Notes: generated from the sequence alone by a model not told the origin. 62,604 bases of DNA, filler included, from Sphacelaria rigidula (GCA_964200075.2; 11 parts of 11 records of this genome joined end to end with filler, not necessarily neighbours in it), one strand, 5' to 3'. Positions 38,981-52,375 are shown, counted from the first letter of the whole stretch. Translations and numbers: made by a program.

Positions 38981-39236
38981 GGGGGGCTGTAGTAGTCGGC
39001 GGCAAACTCGGCGAATCTTGTAATTGGGAAATTTGGTAATTTTCTCACATATTTTTCTTCCAAAGCACTCGAAAGTGCTGTTATAGAGCCAACAGATATC
39101 GGGAACATGAACAGGTCGTGCTAAGGACACAATCCTCAAGTTGGTGTTGTCGGGGTGATGAGGACTAAATACCTCGTTAGCAGGAGGGTGTTATTGACCG
39201 CCATTGATTCGGAGAACACAATTTTTCCGCTCTGAA

Positions 39237-39528
39237 CAAGGTTTTCGTGAGATTGGGAGTTTGGTGGGGATTGAGAGTGGCTTTGATCATTCGCTTCAAC
39301 TTGGCCAATTTTTCGTTCCGTGTGCTTTTCGTCGTCTCATCACTGCCATGTGCTTACGGCTACACGTTGATATCCTACTCAGGGGTATCGAGGGCCTCAG
39401 TGGCAAGCTGCTACAGAGAGAATATTGGGACTGGCGGAGGTGTATTTCGGAAGTGAAACGGCTTATTCACTAATTGACCGCTTTCACTCTCAATCGTACC
39501 TTCAACTCGCAATTTCAGCAAAACGTTG
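39237..39528 (+). mobile_element. hAT-like MITE family copy
   Basis: CAAGGTTTTCGTGAG...TTTCAGCAAAACGTTG imperfect TIRs; related to 26267-26561 and 22571-22704. Confidence 0.78.
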
Positions 39529-39804
39529 TTTCTAGCGAAATGAATCGGTGGGATAGGAGAAAAAAAGTTACTTCTATTTTTGTTTACGAGAACGATAGGG
39601 ATTAGTTCAATCGACCAAAGACACCGAAGGGTCAGAACCTGGGGCTATGTAGTCACAGGCGCCGAGGACCGGTCACCCCTTAAGTCGGTTAATATCAAGT
39701 GCAGAAATGTTTTCTTTTTCGGGGCGTGAAGCCGATACTACAGTAGTCAGCGTCAGAAGTATGCAGAATCCGTAATTTCTTACTTTCTCAAAGATTGTCC
39801 AAAT

Positions 39805-39904
39805 NNNNNNNNNNNNNNNNNNNNNNNNNNNNNNNNNNNNNNNNNNNNTTAATTAATTAANNNNNNNNNNNNNNNNNNNNNNNNNNNNNNNNNNNNNNNN
39901 NNNN
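39805..39904. other. Artificial contig spacer
   Basis: Same 100-bp linker. Confidence 0.99.
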
Positions 39905-39908
39905 GGGT

Positions 39909-39944
<36 letters not shown>

Positions 39945-40503
39945 CGGGGGGGGGGGGGGGGGGGGCAGCGTGACTCCGTTGTGTTGCCTTGCAAGGTACG
40001 CCTGGCAGAGTCACGGGGCGACTTCGCCGCCACTGGCAGCTGCACCGCTTGTCATCCGGTCTAGGTGTGTGAAATTTTTGATAGGCAATTGACTGGTCCT
40101 TCGAACCATTTTATACCTCGATGGATTCCAGGGTTTTATGCATTCACGGTTCACTGAATCCATCCGTTGCCAGAGGGTACAACGGGAGGGGCAATCGAAA
40201 CGTGGTTGGAGATGCATACACGGTTTCACTACAGAAAATCTGCCCATCTATAAGTTCAAACTTGAATGATGACGAAGTGGGATCATCCCGTATGGCATCA
40301 TGGTATTTATTATGCTCCACTGGGGTATGGGCTGCTCTTAAAACAGCCGTGCGGTGGTTTTTTCGGTCGAAAGTCGATCAGAACTGTCTCTCACGGTACC
40401 ACGAGCTGGGCCAGCTGACAGTAATTTTTGAATGTTTCCAAGATCGACTGTGGGCAATCGAAACGTTGGACGCTGAAATTTTGACACGACATTTTGATCA
40501 TCA

Positions 40504-40690
40504 ATACGCACAACCTTGTGGAGGATGCAACGGAAAAAAGAAAAAAACAGAAAGTGAGAGCGATTTGAAGTTTCTGCAAGAACTGGGAAAATTATATAAC
40601 TCCGTGAAAATAAAGAAACGCGTCGGCATCCCTCGGGTTGTTGTGCGTACTTGTGTGCAGGAGATCCTGGTGCAATTTCACCCAAAAATA
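40504..40690 (+). repeat. Dispersed repeat, also at ~50608-50800
   Basis: AGCGATTTGAAGTTT...CGGCATCCCTCGGGTTGT...GTGCAGGAGAT.CTGGTGCAATTTC shared by two contigs. Confidence 0.75.
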
Positions 40691-41425
40691 CCTCAATTTG
40701 GGAGCAGCAGGGCACTTTTTGTGTGACAACGCTGCACCCCTTCAATCCAAATGATACAGGAGACGCCAGCTATGGAGGTCACGAGTTCGAATCCTGGCGG
40801 ATTCCTTTTATTTTTGTTTCGTGGGTAAGGTCATACATTATGCAGTACATTTTTTCAGTTCTATATTTATTTAGCGGCGGTGCCGTGCGTTAGTAGGTTG
40901 GTCTGCAGGTCACACCGATATACTCAAGTCGGGCTGATTCGGTGATCCTTATGAGTTATGGTGTGACAAGCGAATGCGACTGCTGGCCCAGCTCGTAAAA
41001 CAAAAAGAAGAAAAAACTCCTGCGTTGGCCTTCCTCCTGTGCGACCCCGGCTGATGCGTCCACAGACACCGGAAGTTGTAGACTGGCATCCAGAATAGAT
41101 GGGATGACAACACAACACACACACTATGACCCATGCTCAATCGGTCCATGCTTTCGTATACAAGAATTACCCAACAAACATGATGAAAATTCGGATTTTG
41201 TCACGTGTCATGGATGAACACCTCGTGCGCAATTCCCTGAATTATTACTCCCGAACACGGGGAGTTACCATGGCTCTACATGTCTATATATTGTATTGCT
41301 GTAGTCCGGTGTGCAATACTCCTACTTGAAACAAAACGTTGATTTTCTCTACAGCATATTCACAACGACGGCGTATGTGGCAGAGGTGCACGTTTCGCCC
41401 CGACGATAGAATGTGTCCCTTTGCG

Positions 41426-44400
41426 TCATGCCAGCTGATCCTCATCCCATTCTTCATCTGTGCTGATGTCGAGCTGCCAAAAATGTCAATAGATGAATGG
41501 GCGAAACAGGCACCACAACGAACCGCACGAACGACGGGGTCGACGACGGACAGAGGTCGTGAGGTTTGAGGTGAAAGAAAGACTCACCAAAGCGACACAA
41601 TGCATATACCTCAAACCGTACACGAATGCACGGCTGACAAATGAACATGTCGACTGCAAATCCTTCCACAATCACTCCCACAAACGAGAAGGAATAGTTA
41701 CGGGATGGGTGAAACGAACCGGAGTCATGATCCAAATCACACTCTCGCGGGGAAGGGACTTTCCGCCCCGCTCCTACTTCTAATAAAACAATTGCATGTC
41801 ATGCATATTCACTATACCATGGCTCTGCAGCAGATAATCGGTAAAAATCACACGTCGGACGGATCTTTTCCTATAGGACGCAGGTCATACAGCTCGAGTG
41901 TCAACACACATGTGTACCCGATTCGGATGATACAGTGCAACTAGTTACGAAACGGTTCTCGTGTTTCGGATATCATCGATCAGGAGGGAGGTATCTTGTA
42001 CGGGTTATAAGGATACGTAGGTTCTTCTTGACGTTTCGTATACACCTGATTCGGATTACATGGGTGTGCCCCAGGGGGTGATGCACGGATACTCGGGTCA
42101 AACAGTCATCATCAGACAGATATGTACGAATCACACGGATCATACACATTAGTCATCACGCCATGTGCGCAGAGCAACCGGGTTCTAGAGGTTACCACAC
42201 GAGAAATGTATGCAGATTAAACAGGTCACACGGATAAAGATCAATTTCAGATCGCAAAGGTCATACGGCTGATCGTCGAGCAGGCTTGCGGGAGGTACCC
42301 GTGCTTCAACGCCGGCAATGTACGCGTCGATGATCAAACATGTTAGAACAAGCGCCAATAAATACGAAGTATACGTACTTCGTGCAGCTGCTACAGTCAA
42401 AAATCAACATACAGACTTGTGAACATGCACATTGTACCAGGGCCATACGGGTTGGCAGGAGAGAAGTACTGAATACTGTTTATTGTATACTTCATTCGGA
42501 TGCGCCGACAGTTCATGTTCTTCGGAAGAAATATGCAGCCCTACCGTGGAACCACTCGGAATAAAATATGCGTACTTCATGTTTCATATGCCCGGGTTGC
42601 TACAGCCAACATACCGACTTGTAAACATGCACATTGTACGCGGGCCAGCTTGGCAGGTGGGGAAGACTGAGTACTGTTTATTGCACACTTCATTCGGATG
42701 CGCCGACAGTGCACATCTTCGAAGACAATATGCACCCCCACCGTGGAACCACTCGGAATAAAATATACGTACTTCATGTTGCATATGCCCGGGTTGCTAC
42801 AGCCAACGTCCGGACTTGTGAACATGCATTATACCCAGGCCATACAGGTCAACAGGTGAGGGAGCTGAATACTGCATACTGTTTTCTTGCATACTTGATG
42901 CGGATCTTGCATACTTGATCCTGATCTTACCGGTGCGGAAAATGGTTTCTCGTATACTAGCTTCGGATTCCACGGGTAAGGAGTAGCCTTTAGTGTGCAC
43001 GACATTCAAATCGCGCGGGTCGACGACGAACTACTGCGCTTGCCTGACCCGGGTGATATAAATGACAACTATGTGATGTTTTACAGACGATACAGGTCTG
43101 CAGATCAGTCGTACACGAAAGCGTTTGTGTCAAGCGGGTCGTACAATTCGTCGCTCGGCAAATATGTACGGGTTAAGTGGGTCCTACGGATCAGCATCGG
43201 ACAAGCGTGCACGAGTGACAACCCACCTCGGACGGATCATTATCTATGCCCCAAATGAGCAGACCCGGATCTGTCACGAGCTGATCCGTCCGACGTGTGG
43301 TAACAATCAGACCACCTGAATCAACGAGGACGCTCTAATTTTACCTCGGATGTTGCAGCATTGGGTAACACGGTGAAGCAAAGCACCTAGTTTACACAGT
43401 AAAACACCGCACTCTTTCTCGTACACAACCGGCACTTGTTGCAACACCCCCCGGGGTGATGGAAGATTTTCGACTGTGTTTTGTACCATGCTGACCTCTA
43501 CGGTACTACATCAGGATTACGCTGCACATCACCCCCTACAGAACCCCCCCGGCTGACGGGCTCGGGGCTTGTGAAGTCACATTACCCAGGAGTGATACAT
43601 TGTGCCACATGCGGTACTCACCACTCCCAGGTATGTCTTCTGTTGAACCTCGTGTCTATCGCCACCACCACCACCACCGCCACTACTTTTGACCCTCGCC
43701 ACTCCCCCACCTCCCGAAGACACCTCCTTTTTCTCCCCGTCCTTTACCGGAGTTGTCGTTTTTTTTCGTCGTCGCTTCCTAGCCGGGCAGCGGGTCGCCC
43801 CTTTCTCTTTTTCGGAACCGCTGCCTGAATCACTGTCACTTCCGATGAGGGCCTGGGCTTCGTTGCGTGCATTTTCAAAGCGTCGGCCGTTGTTGTTCTC
43901 GGCAGTGGCGCCGGCGATATTGCGGTCACCTGGCGGCGGTTGACGACTTCTGCGATGGTCATAAACATTGTTATAGCCCCCATCGTCATCATCCAAATGA
44001 AGGCGGCGTTGTTGGCGTCGACCTCGTTCATTGTTGCCGCCGTTCTCGGCGGTGATTTGTTGTAGATCTCGCTCGCGCTTGACGTGACGGAAGAGATCTT
44101 CTCCCGAAACTTCCTGATGACGTCGTGGTGGAGCGCGGGGGCAAACAGACGACACAGGAAGGTCAAAGACGCCACACTCACTCACGAACAGTCCAGAAAT
44201 GACGAGCATCGGAGGAGGCTAAACACAGAAACGATCAAGCGATGGACGTGCCATGCACTGGCACTGTCCAACCAGTTACTATAGTGACCGTGTTTTGTTA
44301 CCAGTAGTCCACTCTGACGCAGTTGTCGTATTTGGGGCGGTGAACATCATTGTGTTCGCCGACTGGAGGCAGGGACACGAAAATCGCCGCAAATGATCAG

Positions 44401-45016
44401 TGACAACCGACAAGAGGAAACCCCGCACGAGTTAGCCTTGCTGCACATAGAAATGTGATCGTATCATGATCGTCTGGAATGTAGATGGGCAGGAGACAAC
44501 CCGCATGCAATTTTCTCGTAGATCAGTATTTCCCGTCACCTGCGTCCCCAGAGGAACCGCCAGCGCACCCCAACCATTCCCGCCCATCTCCCCGTCAGAA
44601 TGTTCCTCGTGCCCCGCTGCTTCTGACCTCACCCCGACCCCGATCGCATCACCACCTTTACCAAAGGCGGGGCTTTCCTTCTTCGTCCGTGTCGAACCAG
44701 ATGCAGCGCGCTTTGCACACCCCTCCTGGTCACCGCTCTTCAGCTTTACTGCGTGTTTCCCCCCCACGTCACGCGCACTCTTGTCGTTGGCCTTGCCTTT
44801 GGCCTTCCTTGTCGTTGATGGTGATGCTGTTTCTTTTGCTGCTGTCGTCGTTGCTGCTGTTGGTCGGACTTTATTGTGATGTTCATCATCATCATTATTA
44901 TTGTTCGCGGCTTCACTAGCCGATGCGTCTAGGTCTTCGCCATCACCAGCTCCTCCTCCTCTCCCTCCAATGTCATCTTCATTCTCACTTTCACCAGATT
45001 CGTCATCAGAGTCTTG
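41426..45016 (-). CDS. Putative multi-exon gene, low-complexity acidic/Gly-rich protein, unidentified (candidate exons 44540-45016, 43622-44113, 43345-43386, 41426-41473)
   Basis: Two long open exons (159 and 164 codons) with GT-AG sites splice in phase 0 (..PLGTQ|EVSGEDLF..KTYLGV|gtgagt); the small exons VLCFTVLPNAATSE and LDISTDEEWDEDQLA* are less certain. Confidence 0.6.
42365..42885. repeat. Tandem repeat, ~200-bp unit, ~2.5 copies
   Basis: GACTTGT(G/A)AACATGCA at ~42414, ~42617, ~42813; CCGTGGAACCACTCGGAATAAAATAT twice. Confidence 0.85.
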
Positions 45017-45504
45017 CTGCCATCATCACGGCGGTAGAATAGGATGCCGGGGAAGGAAGTGCGATACTCAGGAGATGTAGTTGCGTAACGGTGCGAGTAT
45101 CGATTGATTGGTCAATCGATTGACTGTCGCAAATTTACTCACTGATCTCCGAGGCATCCAGCCGTGGTGACAAGGTGGGTGTAATCAAGCTAAACAAAAC
45201 GGAACCGCTCGCTGAAAGAAGAACGTATTGAACAAACAAAGGGAGGAACCTCAAAAAGAACAGGAACAGAAACAAACAAAAAAGCAGGCAGGGAAATGAA
45301 GGAACGGAAAAAGAACTAGCAAAAATCAAAACAGGAAATGAAATACAAAATACAATGGGATGAACCGCATGCTTGAAGGTGAAGTCAGAGTTCGGATACT
45401 CGGTGAATGGCAACAAACTCTACTGTAACGAATGGATGTCGGGAGAGGAGAGGGGGGGGGGGGGTACTCATTTGTTGCTTGCCTTGGGGGTTTGACCTGT
45501 GAGC

Positions 45505-45604
45505 NNNNNNNNNNNNNNNNNNNNNNNNNNNNNNNNNNNNNNNNNNNNTTAATTAATTAANNNNNNNNNNNNNNNNNNNNNNNNNNNNNNNNNNNNNNNN
45601 NNNN
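45505..45604. other. Artificial contig spacer
   Basis: Same 100-bp linker. Confidence 0.99.
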
Positions 45605-45735
45605 TAGTCTGACCCCACTTCTTGCCTACATATACAAGAGGAAATCATCGCTAGCCTCGGAGTTCCTTCGGCATGAGGACGGCTGTCCCCCCCCCGGAGG
45701 TCTCTGACTACTCTAGGGGTACGCTTTCCTCTCAC

Positions 45736-45745
45736 TGGCGACACC
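45736..45745 (+). promoter_or_regulatory. Primer binding site
   Basis: TGGCGACACC one base after the LTR-terminal CA; TGG is complementary to tRNA 3'-CCA. Confidence 0.7.
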
Positions 45746-47329
45746 AAAACAGAACTTCAAGCACGACAGGCCTTAGAAGTAAAAAAATGGAACGAGAAGC
45801 GACTGCTCCACGACACCGGAAATACTAGGGTCCCTAAGCAGCCTTCAGAGCAGCTGTGGAAAAAGCAGTACACCACACGGAGGGCCATCATCGAACATGT
45901 AGCTCAACTTGTTTAGGCTCTCAACCATGTTACATTCTGCGCGGTACCCCAATGAATCGGTAACGTCACATCCCGTTGTAAGGAGCTCTTGATTCCAAAT
46001 CGAAACACCAGTCTCCCGTTTTTTCAACCCGATCTGGGACGATCACTGTTTTGACTCATACAACGCATCATCGCTCGCCAGGTATACAGATGTGCTCCTA
46101 GCGCTATCCTGTGCATCAGCCGCGTTAGAGTCGCAGCCAGAGTAACCGGTACCCTCGCTGAAAACATCACAACTGATTCCGCAGCAGATGTACAGTGTAT
46201 CAGCAACAGTTCGTCGATGAACACTCGGCCATCACGGCAGCTGATATAAAGCCAGTACCGCCGAGATCTATGGATCTCAGAAGCGGACGGCTCCCCCATA
46301 ACAAAATCCTAGGATTCATCCGTTTCGGACTTACTTGAGGGATAAAAACCCTACCAGGAAAGACCTTTGTATTACCTAACCTGGGATCGGCTTGTCTATT
46401 ACTATACAACTCCATTATGAGGGCTTTCCAAGCTATACTCGACTGGCAAGCGGAAGAAATAACATCCCGTGACTCCAGTATAAATATCAAAGCATCGCAT
46501 CGAAAAGCAACAGCGTCCACAAAATGCAACACACCCCGAAACGACGCCTTGTTCTGTAGTCAGTGTGTACTGTTTAAACGCTGCTTCAGGTTTCTCACGA
46601 AGAAATGCAGTGTGCCTCCGCAGAGTGAGATAGCAATATTAGTTGAAACGGAAAATACCCTGTCAACAACAACAGCAGCTGTTGTAGAGCCACGCATGAT
46701 AATCGAAGAAAACATTCGATCACCCGATGTACCTCAAGCGTTCACGCACATCATTGTTGCAAGGAAAGAGTGCACGTGTTGTGCAACACACAGACGGCAA
46801 TGGTACAAATTGCCAACCCGTCGAGCTGATATGTAAAGCTGAAACGCAGTACGATTTTGGGCTATATCACCTCAATATAAGAAACGAAAGAGCGGGAAAA
46901 CGTCATGCTAATGATAAGACACAAAAAAACTGGACAAACTTCATGTTATTCCGGAAATCCTCTCACGGCTGTTTGCGCTACTCCAGTGCGACAAGAACCT
47001 GCAATCAGACCGCCGCATATCCAAATATGTGGTAACGGGCTAAAGACCATGCGTTGCAAATAGCTGGACCACATATCACCGTCAAATATCAGCTGAGAAG
47101 CTCCACCGTTTGAAGCTAGTGCAAAGTGACCGAGAGCTGTCAGTCAACCGCGGAAAAAATCGCAAAAAGAGCGAAGACGGGAATGCGCACACTATGTCAG
47201 GGTTGCCAACGCCGGGATAACGGTCCACAACCGGCCAAAATTTGCCGATGGGACACGTTACGGTAGGACGGCCATACGAAAGAGCGCCGGCAAACCCAGT
47301 CAAATGAGTACTAACACGTACTGTCTTCA

Positions 47330-48120
47330 ATGACAAAAGCTGGAGTACTAATACGTACTGTCCGTATTGGACCACCTCACAAGGTATGCTTTGCTCATTC
47401 CGGTGCCGAAAAAACAGACCACATCAATATAGCCAAAACTCTCATCGACATAGTCTTTACTGCATTTGGCCTCCCGGGAAATCTGCGTTCGAATGACAGA
47501 GCGGAATTTGAGAACAAACTAACAAACGCACTGCAACAGGAGTTAGGTTTTAAAAAAACTCGCACGACACTGCTACGCCCGCGAGGTAATTCGGTGTCGG
47601 GACGAGTCCACTCCACGATGCATGTGATGTTAGCGATGCATATGTCAGTCGGAAACGAAAACTGCGTACTCATATTTCCATTCGTCCAAATGGCGTACAA
47701 CACTTCTCACCACAATACAGTACAAGAAACCGTATGTTTTGTTGTTCGGAAGACAGCCCAGATTGCCAACTGACATTATGCTCGGAATACCTGAAGAGAG
47801 CCGAGCAGCAACACCCCAAGAATTTTCCAAAGGAACACAGGAAACCTACAGTTTGAATTTGAAATCGCGAGACAAGTCCTACGAGAAAGAGCGAACGAGC
47901 AAGAAAACAACACCAAATTCAAATCTTTGCCAGTGTTGAAACCCGGTCAAAAGGTTCTCTTGTACCCACCATACCAGGGTTCAGAACCCCAAACTCCAAT
48001 TACCATGGAGACGACCTTTCATGATAACCGAGAGACGATCGTCGGTTGGATACATGATCAAAATAGGCGATGACTCTAGAGAAACGTCAGTACATCTCGC
48101 ACATTTGAAAGAAATATCAA
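47330..48120 (+). pseudogene. Gypsy integrase core + GPY/F relic
   Basis: IAKTLIDIVFTAFGLPGNLRSNDRAEFENKL...RTTLLRPRGNSVSGRVHSTM...FVQMAYNTSHH...LFGRQPRLP...PKLQLPWRRPF; catalytic D/E positions appear mutated. Confidence 0.82.
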
Positions 48121-48159
48121 CCGCGAGAAACAGCGCCAACTCCGGACTTTGACAATAGG

Positions 48160-49640
48160 TTAGCAGAATGCTCACATCCGGACTCGGAATCCAAAACTAC
48201 AGGGAAACGAAAACGGATGGGACTATTCAACAGACTGTTCGAGCATCCTAGCAAAACGCTCATGGGTTGAGCAGTAACCTGGGGTCAAAATTCGGAGATT
48301 AATGAGACTCAAAAACGACAGCCCAGCAGCTGACATAACCTATTGAGCTGACGAAACATCACAAGGTAAACACCTCCTCGATATATATCGTCATGACATC
48401 GAGTTAGCAAAGCGCTCATATCCGGAGTCGAAATCCAAAAATACCGGGTAACGGAAACGGATGTGACTGTCCAACAGGCTATTCGAGCGTCCTAGCAAAA
48501 CGCTCAAGGGTTGAGCAGTAGCCCGGGGTCACCATTCGAGGATCAAGGAGGGTCACAAGAGAAGAAAACGAAAAAACGACGTTAAAACAGTGCAGACATA
48601 TACGGGAAAATATATGACATGTCGACGGTGACTGGGGTGCAACTTCCCAAGGAAGATAACCTCTCAGCAATCGGGGTAGTGCTGACGATTTTGACGATGT
48701 TTAGACAAAAAAGCACAATGCTCACAGGCCAAAAACATCGCATTCACCGCTTTGTTACCAACACGAAGACGTTGTACTACTTCGGTGTCAGCGGAACCGA
48801 AGGTGTCCCAAAACCCGGACATGAAAAATCCAGGCGCCCGTGGACCGACCAGTGTCCCAGTGCCCAAACATGTAGAAACAGCAGATGCATCCAGCACCAA
48901 AGTGCAACGCATCTTGTGGAAACACGCGGGTGGCCACTGGGGTGCCTGTAACCTCAAATGTGGACATTACAGACGTCGCACAAGGTCTGTAACGTCCAAA
49001 TTTGAGGTTACAGGCACCCCAGTGGCCACCCGTGTAGATCACATGAGACACTCATATATGCCACAAAATGATACGAAGCAAAGAACATGTCGATGTTTCA
49101 CCAAAAAGCACAATGCTCGCAAGATAAACATCAGACCCACCGATTTGGTACTAACGCGAGGACTGTGTCCGATACTCTGCTGTCCGCGGAACCAAAGGCA
49201 TCCCAGAACCCGGGCAAGGATACCTCAAGCGCCCGTGGACCGGTCGGTGTCCCAGTGCTTAGTTAGGTATACCTAACTGATGCAGCCTGCACCAAAGTGC
49301 AAAAGCATCCCATAAAAAACGTGTCACACACATGATGCAGTTATTTGACACAAAACAAGAAGCAAGGAGGGTCATTTTGAAGGTGTTGAGCCAAAGGAGC
49401 ACAAGGCTCCCAGGTGAACATATATATATATATATATGTATGTATCTTCAACACCGCCTTGTTACTTACCCGAGACTTAACCCCTACTCAGGCGTCCGCG
49501 GGACCGAACGCATCCCAGAACCCAGGCAGGGATAAACCAGGCGCCCGTGGACTGATCAGTGTCCCAGTGTCCAGTCATGCATACCAGCAGATGCAACCAT
49601 CACCAAAATGCAAATGCACCTGATGAAAACATGTCACATA
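48160..49640. repeat. Tandem repeats in the 3' non-coding region of the LTR element
   Basis: ~130-bp block at ~48170 and ~48413; block with GCGCCCGTGGAC...GTGTCCCAGTG at ~48793, ~49188, ~49500. Confidence 0.78.
48927..49032. mobile_element. Small near-perfect palindromic insertion (mini-MITE)
   Basis: CGGGTGGCCACTGGGGTGCCTGTAACCTCAAAT...ATTTGAGGTTACAGGCACCCCAGTGGCCACCCG; absent from the two sister tandem units. Confidence 0.8.
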
Positions 49641-49902
49641 TGGCAGCTACCTGACAGGAAATGTTTTTTTAGAGGGTTTGGGATACATGCTCTGTTACAG
49701 ACCGAAGGTAGCCAAAAGGGGTTGTTTACTCAATACTACAGTATAGATAAGCGCTACCGTTGCGATTAGTGGTGACGTTGCTCAATCAATGATTGTCACT
49801 CAAAGAAACCTCCATGATTACATCATCAGCGAAGCTGATGACCGCCGCGTCCCTCCAGCCATAGCCTCGATGGGCTTGATGAGGCACATAAAGGGGGGGC
49901 AA

Positions 49903-50252
49903 TGTGGAGGATACCTCTTTGCAGTGACACATCAGAGACTGATGCCACACATGTATGAAGACCCAGCGCATTTAGGGACAAGGTGGGAACCGTCCGAAAG
50001 GACCAGATTACCGACGACCCTGTAATGCCGACGTAACTAGACAACTCGGGGTGATGCCAGGAAGAGCCTAATATAGGACGGTCCAACATCCCCCAAGGCC
50101 CTGGTCGCCCCTGGCGACCACTTCTAGTCTGACCCCACTTCTTGCCTACATATACAAGAGGAAATCATCGCTAGCCTCGGAGTTCCTTCGGCATGAGGAC
50201 GGCTGTCCCCCCCCCGGAGGTCTCTGACTACTCTAGGGGTACGCTTTCCTCA
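49903..50252 (+). repeat. 3' LTR (350 bp)
   Basis: TGTGGAGG...TTCCTCA, preceded by a purine tract at 49890-49899. Confidence 0.8.
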
Positions 50253-50279
50253 TATAGTAACATATTATCGACGGAATGA

Positions 50280-50570
50280 TGCATATTATTTGCCTAATTT
50301 TGGATCGTTTTCGATGAAATTTTGACATGATGTACAAGACGTATGTGCAAGTACCGAACATTTCCCCTCTGTTTGTGTTTTTTTCCTACGTGAGTTATTG
50401 GTGACGTAACATTTCACAACAGTTTTTCAGAACAAAATTGCCAATAACTCACGAAGAAAAAACAGCAAAGACATATTGGAAAATGTTCGGTATTCGTACA
50501 TACGTCCTGTACACCGTGTCAAAAGTAAAGTTCATCGAAAACGATCCAAAATGGTGCGAAGAAAATGCGT
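50280..50570. mobile_element. Foldback MITE-like element
   Basis: TTTTGGATCGTTTTCGATGAA...CGTGAGTTATTGG / CCAATAACTCACG...TTCATCGAAAACGATCCAAAA inverted arms. Confidence 0.75.
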
Positions 50571-51204
50571 TACGACATTCCTGGTGGCTTCTTGAGCGGC
50601 CCAGCTCGTACGCCCAGCATTCCGGGGGATGCAACGAAAAAAAGAGGGAAAAAAAAAATAATGTTAAAAGCGATTTGAAGTTTGTGCAGAAACTGGGAAA
50701 ATGCTATACCTCTGTGAAAATAAAAAAGACACGGCGGCATCCCTCGGGTTGTCGTGCGTACTGGTGTGCAGGAGATGCTGGTGCAATTTCGGCCAAAAAT
50801 CAACAGCGGATCCTATTTTTTGGGGTTGAACCAAAAAATGAGGTTTAACCCGCAAATCGTTTTCGTTGGGAAAATACCAAACAGTAAGGAGTCGCCCTAC
50901 GATAGAGGGGGGGGTATTTTGGGCCACTTCTTGCACAAAATTCCAAGTCAAATCGTCCTTGAAGGGAGCAACAGTTGCTCGATCGAGCTTATTATAGATA
51001 TATAACGCGCATTCATACCGATTGACACCGTTTTTAACCAAATACAAGCGCACCGCGAGTATAGAAGGTCGTCTAACACACCTTTGAGCCACTTTTTTCG
51101 TGCAATCAAATACCCCCCCCCCCCCCCCCCCTCCCCCTCTCACCTCTCTACAACAAACCAAAAAAAAAAAAACGACAAAAATAAACTTTAATTACCTCTT
51201 GTGG

Positions 51205-51304
51205 NNNNNNNNNNNNNNNNNNNNNNNNNNNNNNNNNNNNNNNNNNNNTTAATTAATTAANNNNNNNNNNNNNNNNNNNNNNNNNNNNNNNNNNNNNNNN
51301 NNNN
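51205..51304. other. Artificial contig spacer
   Basis: Same 100-bp linker. Confidence 0.99.
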
Positions 51305-52246
51305 TGAAAAAATCGGGCCCAAAAAAGGGGCTCGTAGGGGGTTGGGGTTGGTCATTTCCAATCCAGAGACCCCCCTGGTAATCAGCTAAAATATCACCAA
51401 AATAAAATAACAGGAGAGAGGCCCAATCTCCGAAAATAGCGCCTCCATGTTTTTGAAAAGGAATATTACCGGGTAATCCTTATTTTAATTGTTTGTCTCG
51501 ACAAGAGATAAGGCCTGACCAGATTTGCCCCTCCCGTCACATTGGTCAGGCGATCTGACCGCAGGTAATCAAACCACCAAGAACACATTTTTGGTCCAGG
51601 TCGCCGCGGGGAAAAGATGGCCCCCGCTATTGCAGTTCAAAAGTCCCTTGCAAGACCTGTACCGTGCTGCACGCATCGCCCGCACAACAGAAACGCAAAG
51701 CAAACCAAGTGGCGCCTACAGGCGATCAAACAGTGATTTGTGCCTATGCTGTACAGTATAATAGTATCGTACCCTGGCCTCGCGGCAAGGACAACGTTCG
51801 CTTGGATGTATGCCGCTATATCCGGTCAGGCCAGGACACAAAAGCTCCACACGCACACTAGCGTTGACAACGCTCACCGTCCAACCTTATAACAGAGAGT
51901 ACCAACCTCGTGGGAGCTGATGCACACACCAGACCCAGATCAGCATTCCCGGCGACCCACCGTCCCCACAACCGAAGATCGAGTCGAGATACATGTAAAG
52001 AACTCATATAACCATACAGTATTGTCAAACCCTTACTGATGGGGCGAACGGTGCAGGGATGAGCATAAATGATCACGAGACAACAATACCCGTACTTACC
52101 CTCCCCGTTTGCTACTTTGTGGCTTCACACTCCCGCCGGTACCAGCCAAGAATCCTGCAACATGTGTCCTCCTGCTGCCAGGGTATGTGCCAGCAACGCG
52201 TGTCACTCCTCGATGTTGGTGTTGGTACTGTTGTCGTTGCACCCAG

Positions 52247-52375
52247 GATGAAGCCCTGCAAACTGAGGAGCCGGAGAAAATGAAAAAAAATGCCGCGACA
52301 TACATGATGGCCATCTCCGCCTTGTGCGCTCCACGGAGGCAAGACAGGATCAACGATCTGGCACTGCAGTCGTGA
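52247..52375 (+). CDS. Candidate terminal exon, unidentified (DEALQTEEPEKMKKNAATYMMAISALCAPRRQDRINDLALQS*)
   Basis: Pyrimidine-rich gttgtcgttgcacccag acceptor and open frame to TGA; no recognised homology. Confidence 0.3.
   Translation, partial: DEALQTEEPEKMKKNAATYMMAISALCAPRRQDRINDLALQS

Larger units (their letters stand above)
45605..50252 (+). mobile_element. Ty3/gypsy-derived LTR element, probably non-autonomous
   Basis: 5' LTR end (45605-45734) matches the end of the 3' LTR (49903-50252); PBS TGGCGACACC; PPT AAAGGGGGGG; internal integrase relic. Confidence 0.85.

Noticed and set aside
39905..39965. Poly-G/C tracts (also ~11473, ~51114, ~57061, ~62515) as G-quadruplex elements or Gly/Pro ORFs
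   Set aside because: They cluster at contig ends where short-read assembly breaks; lengths are unreliable
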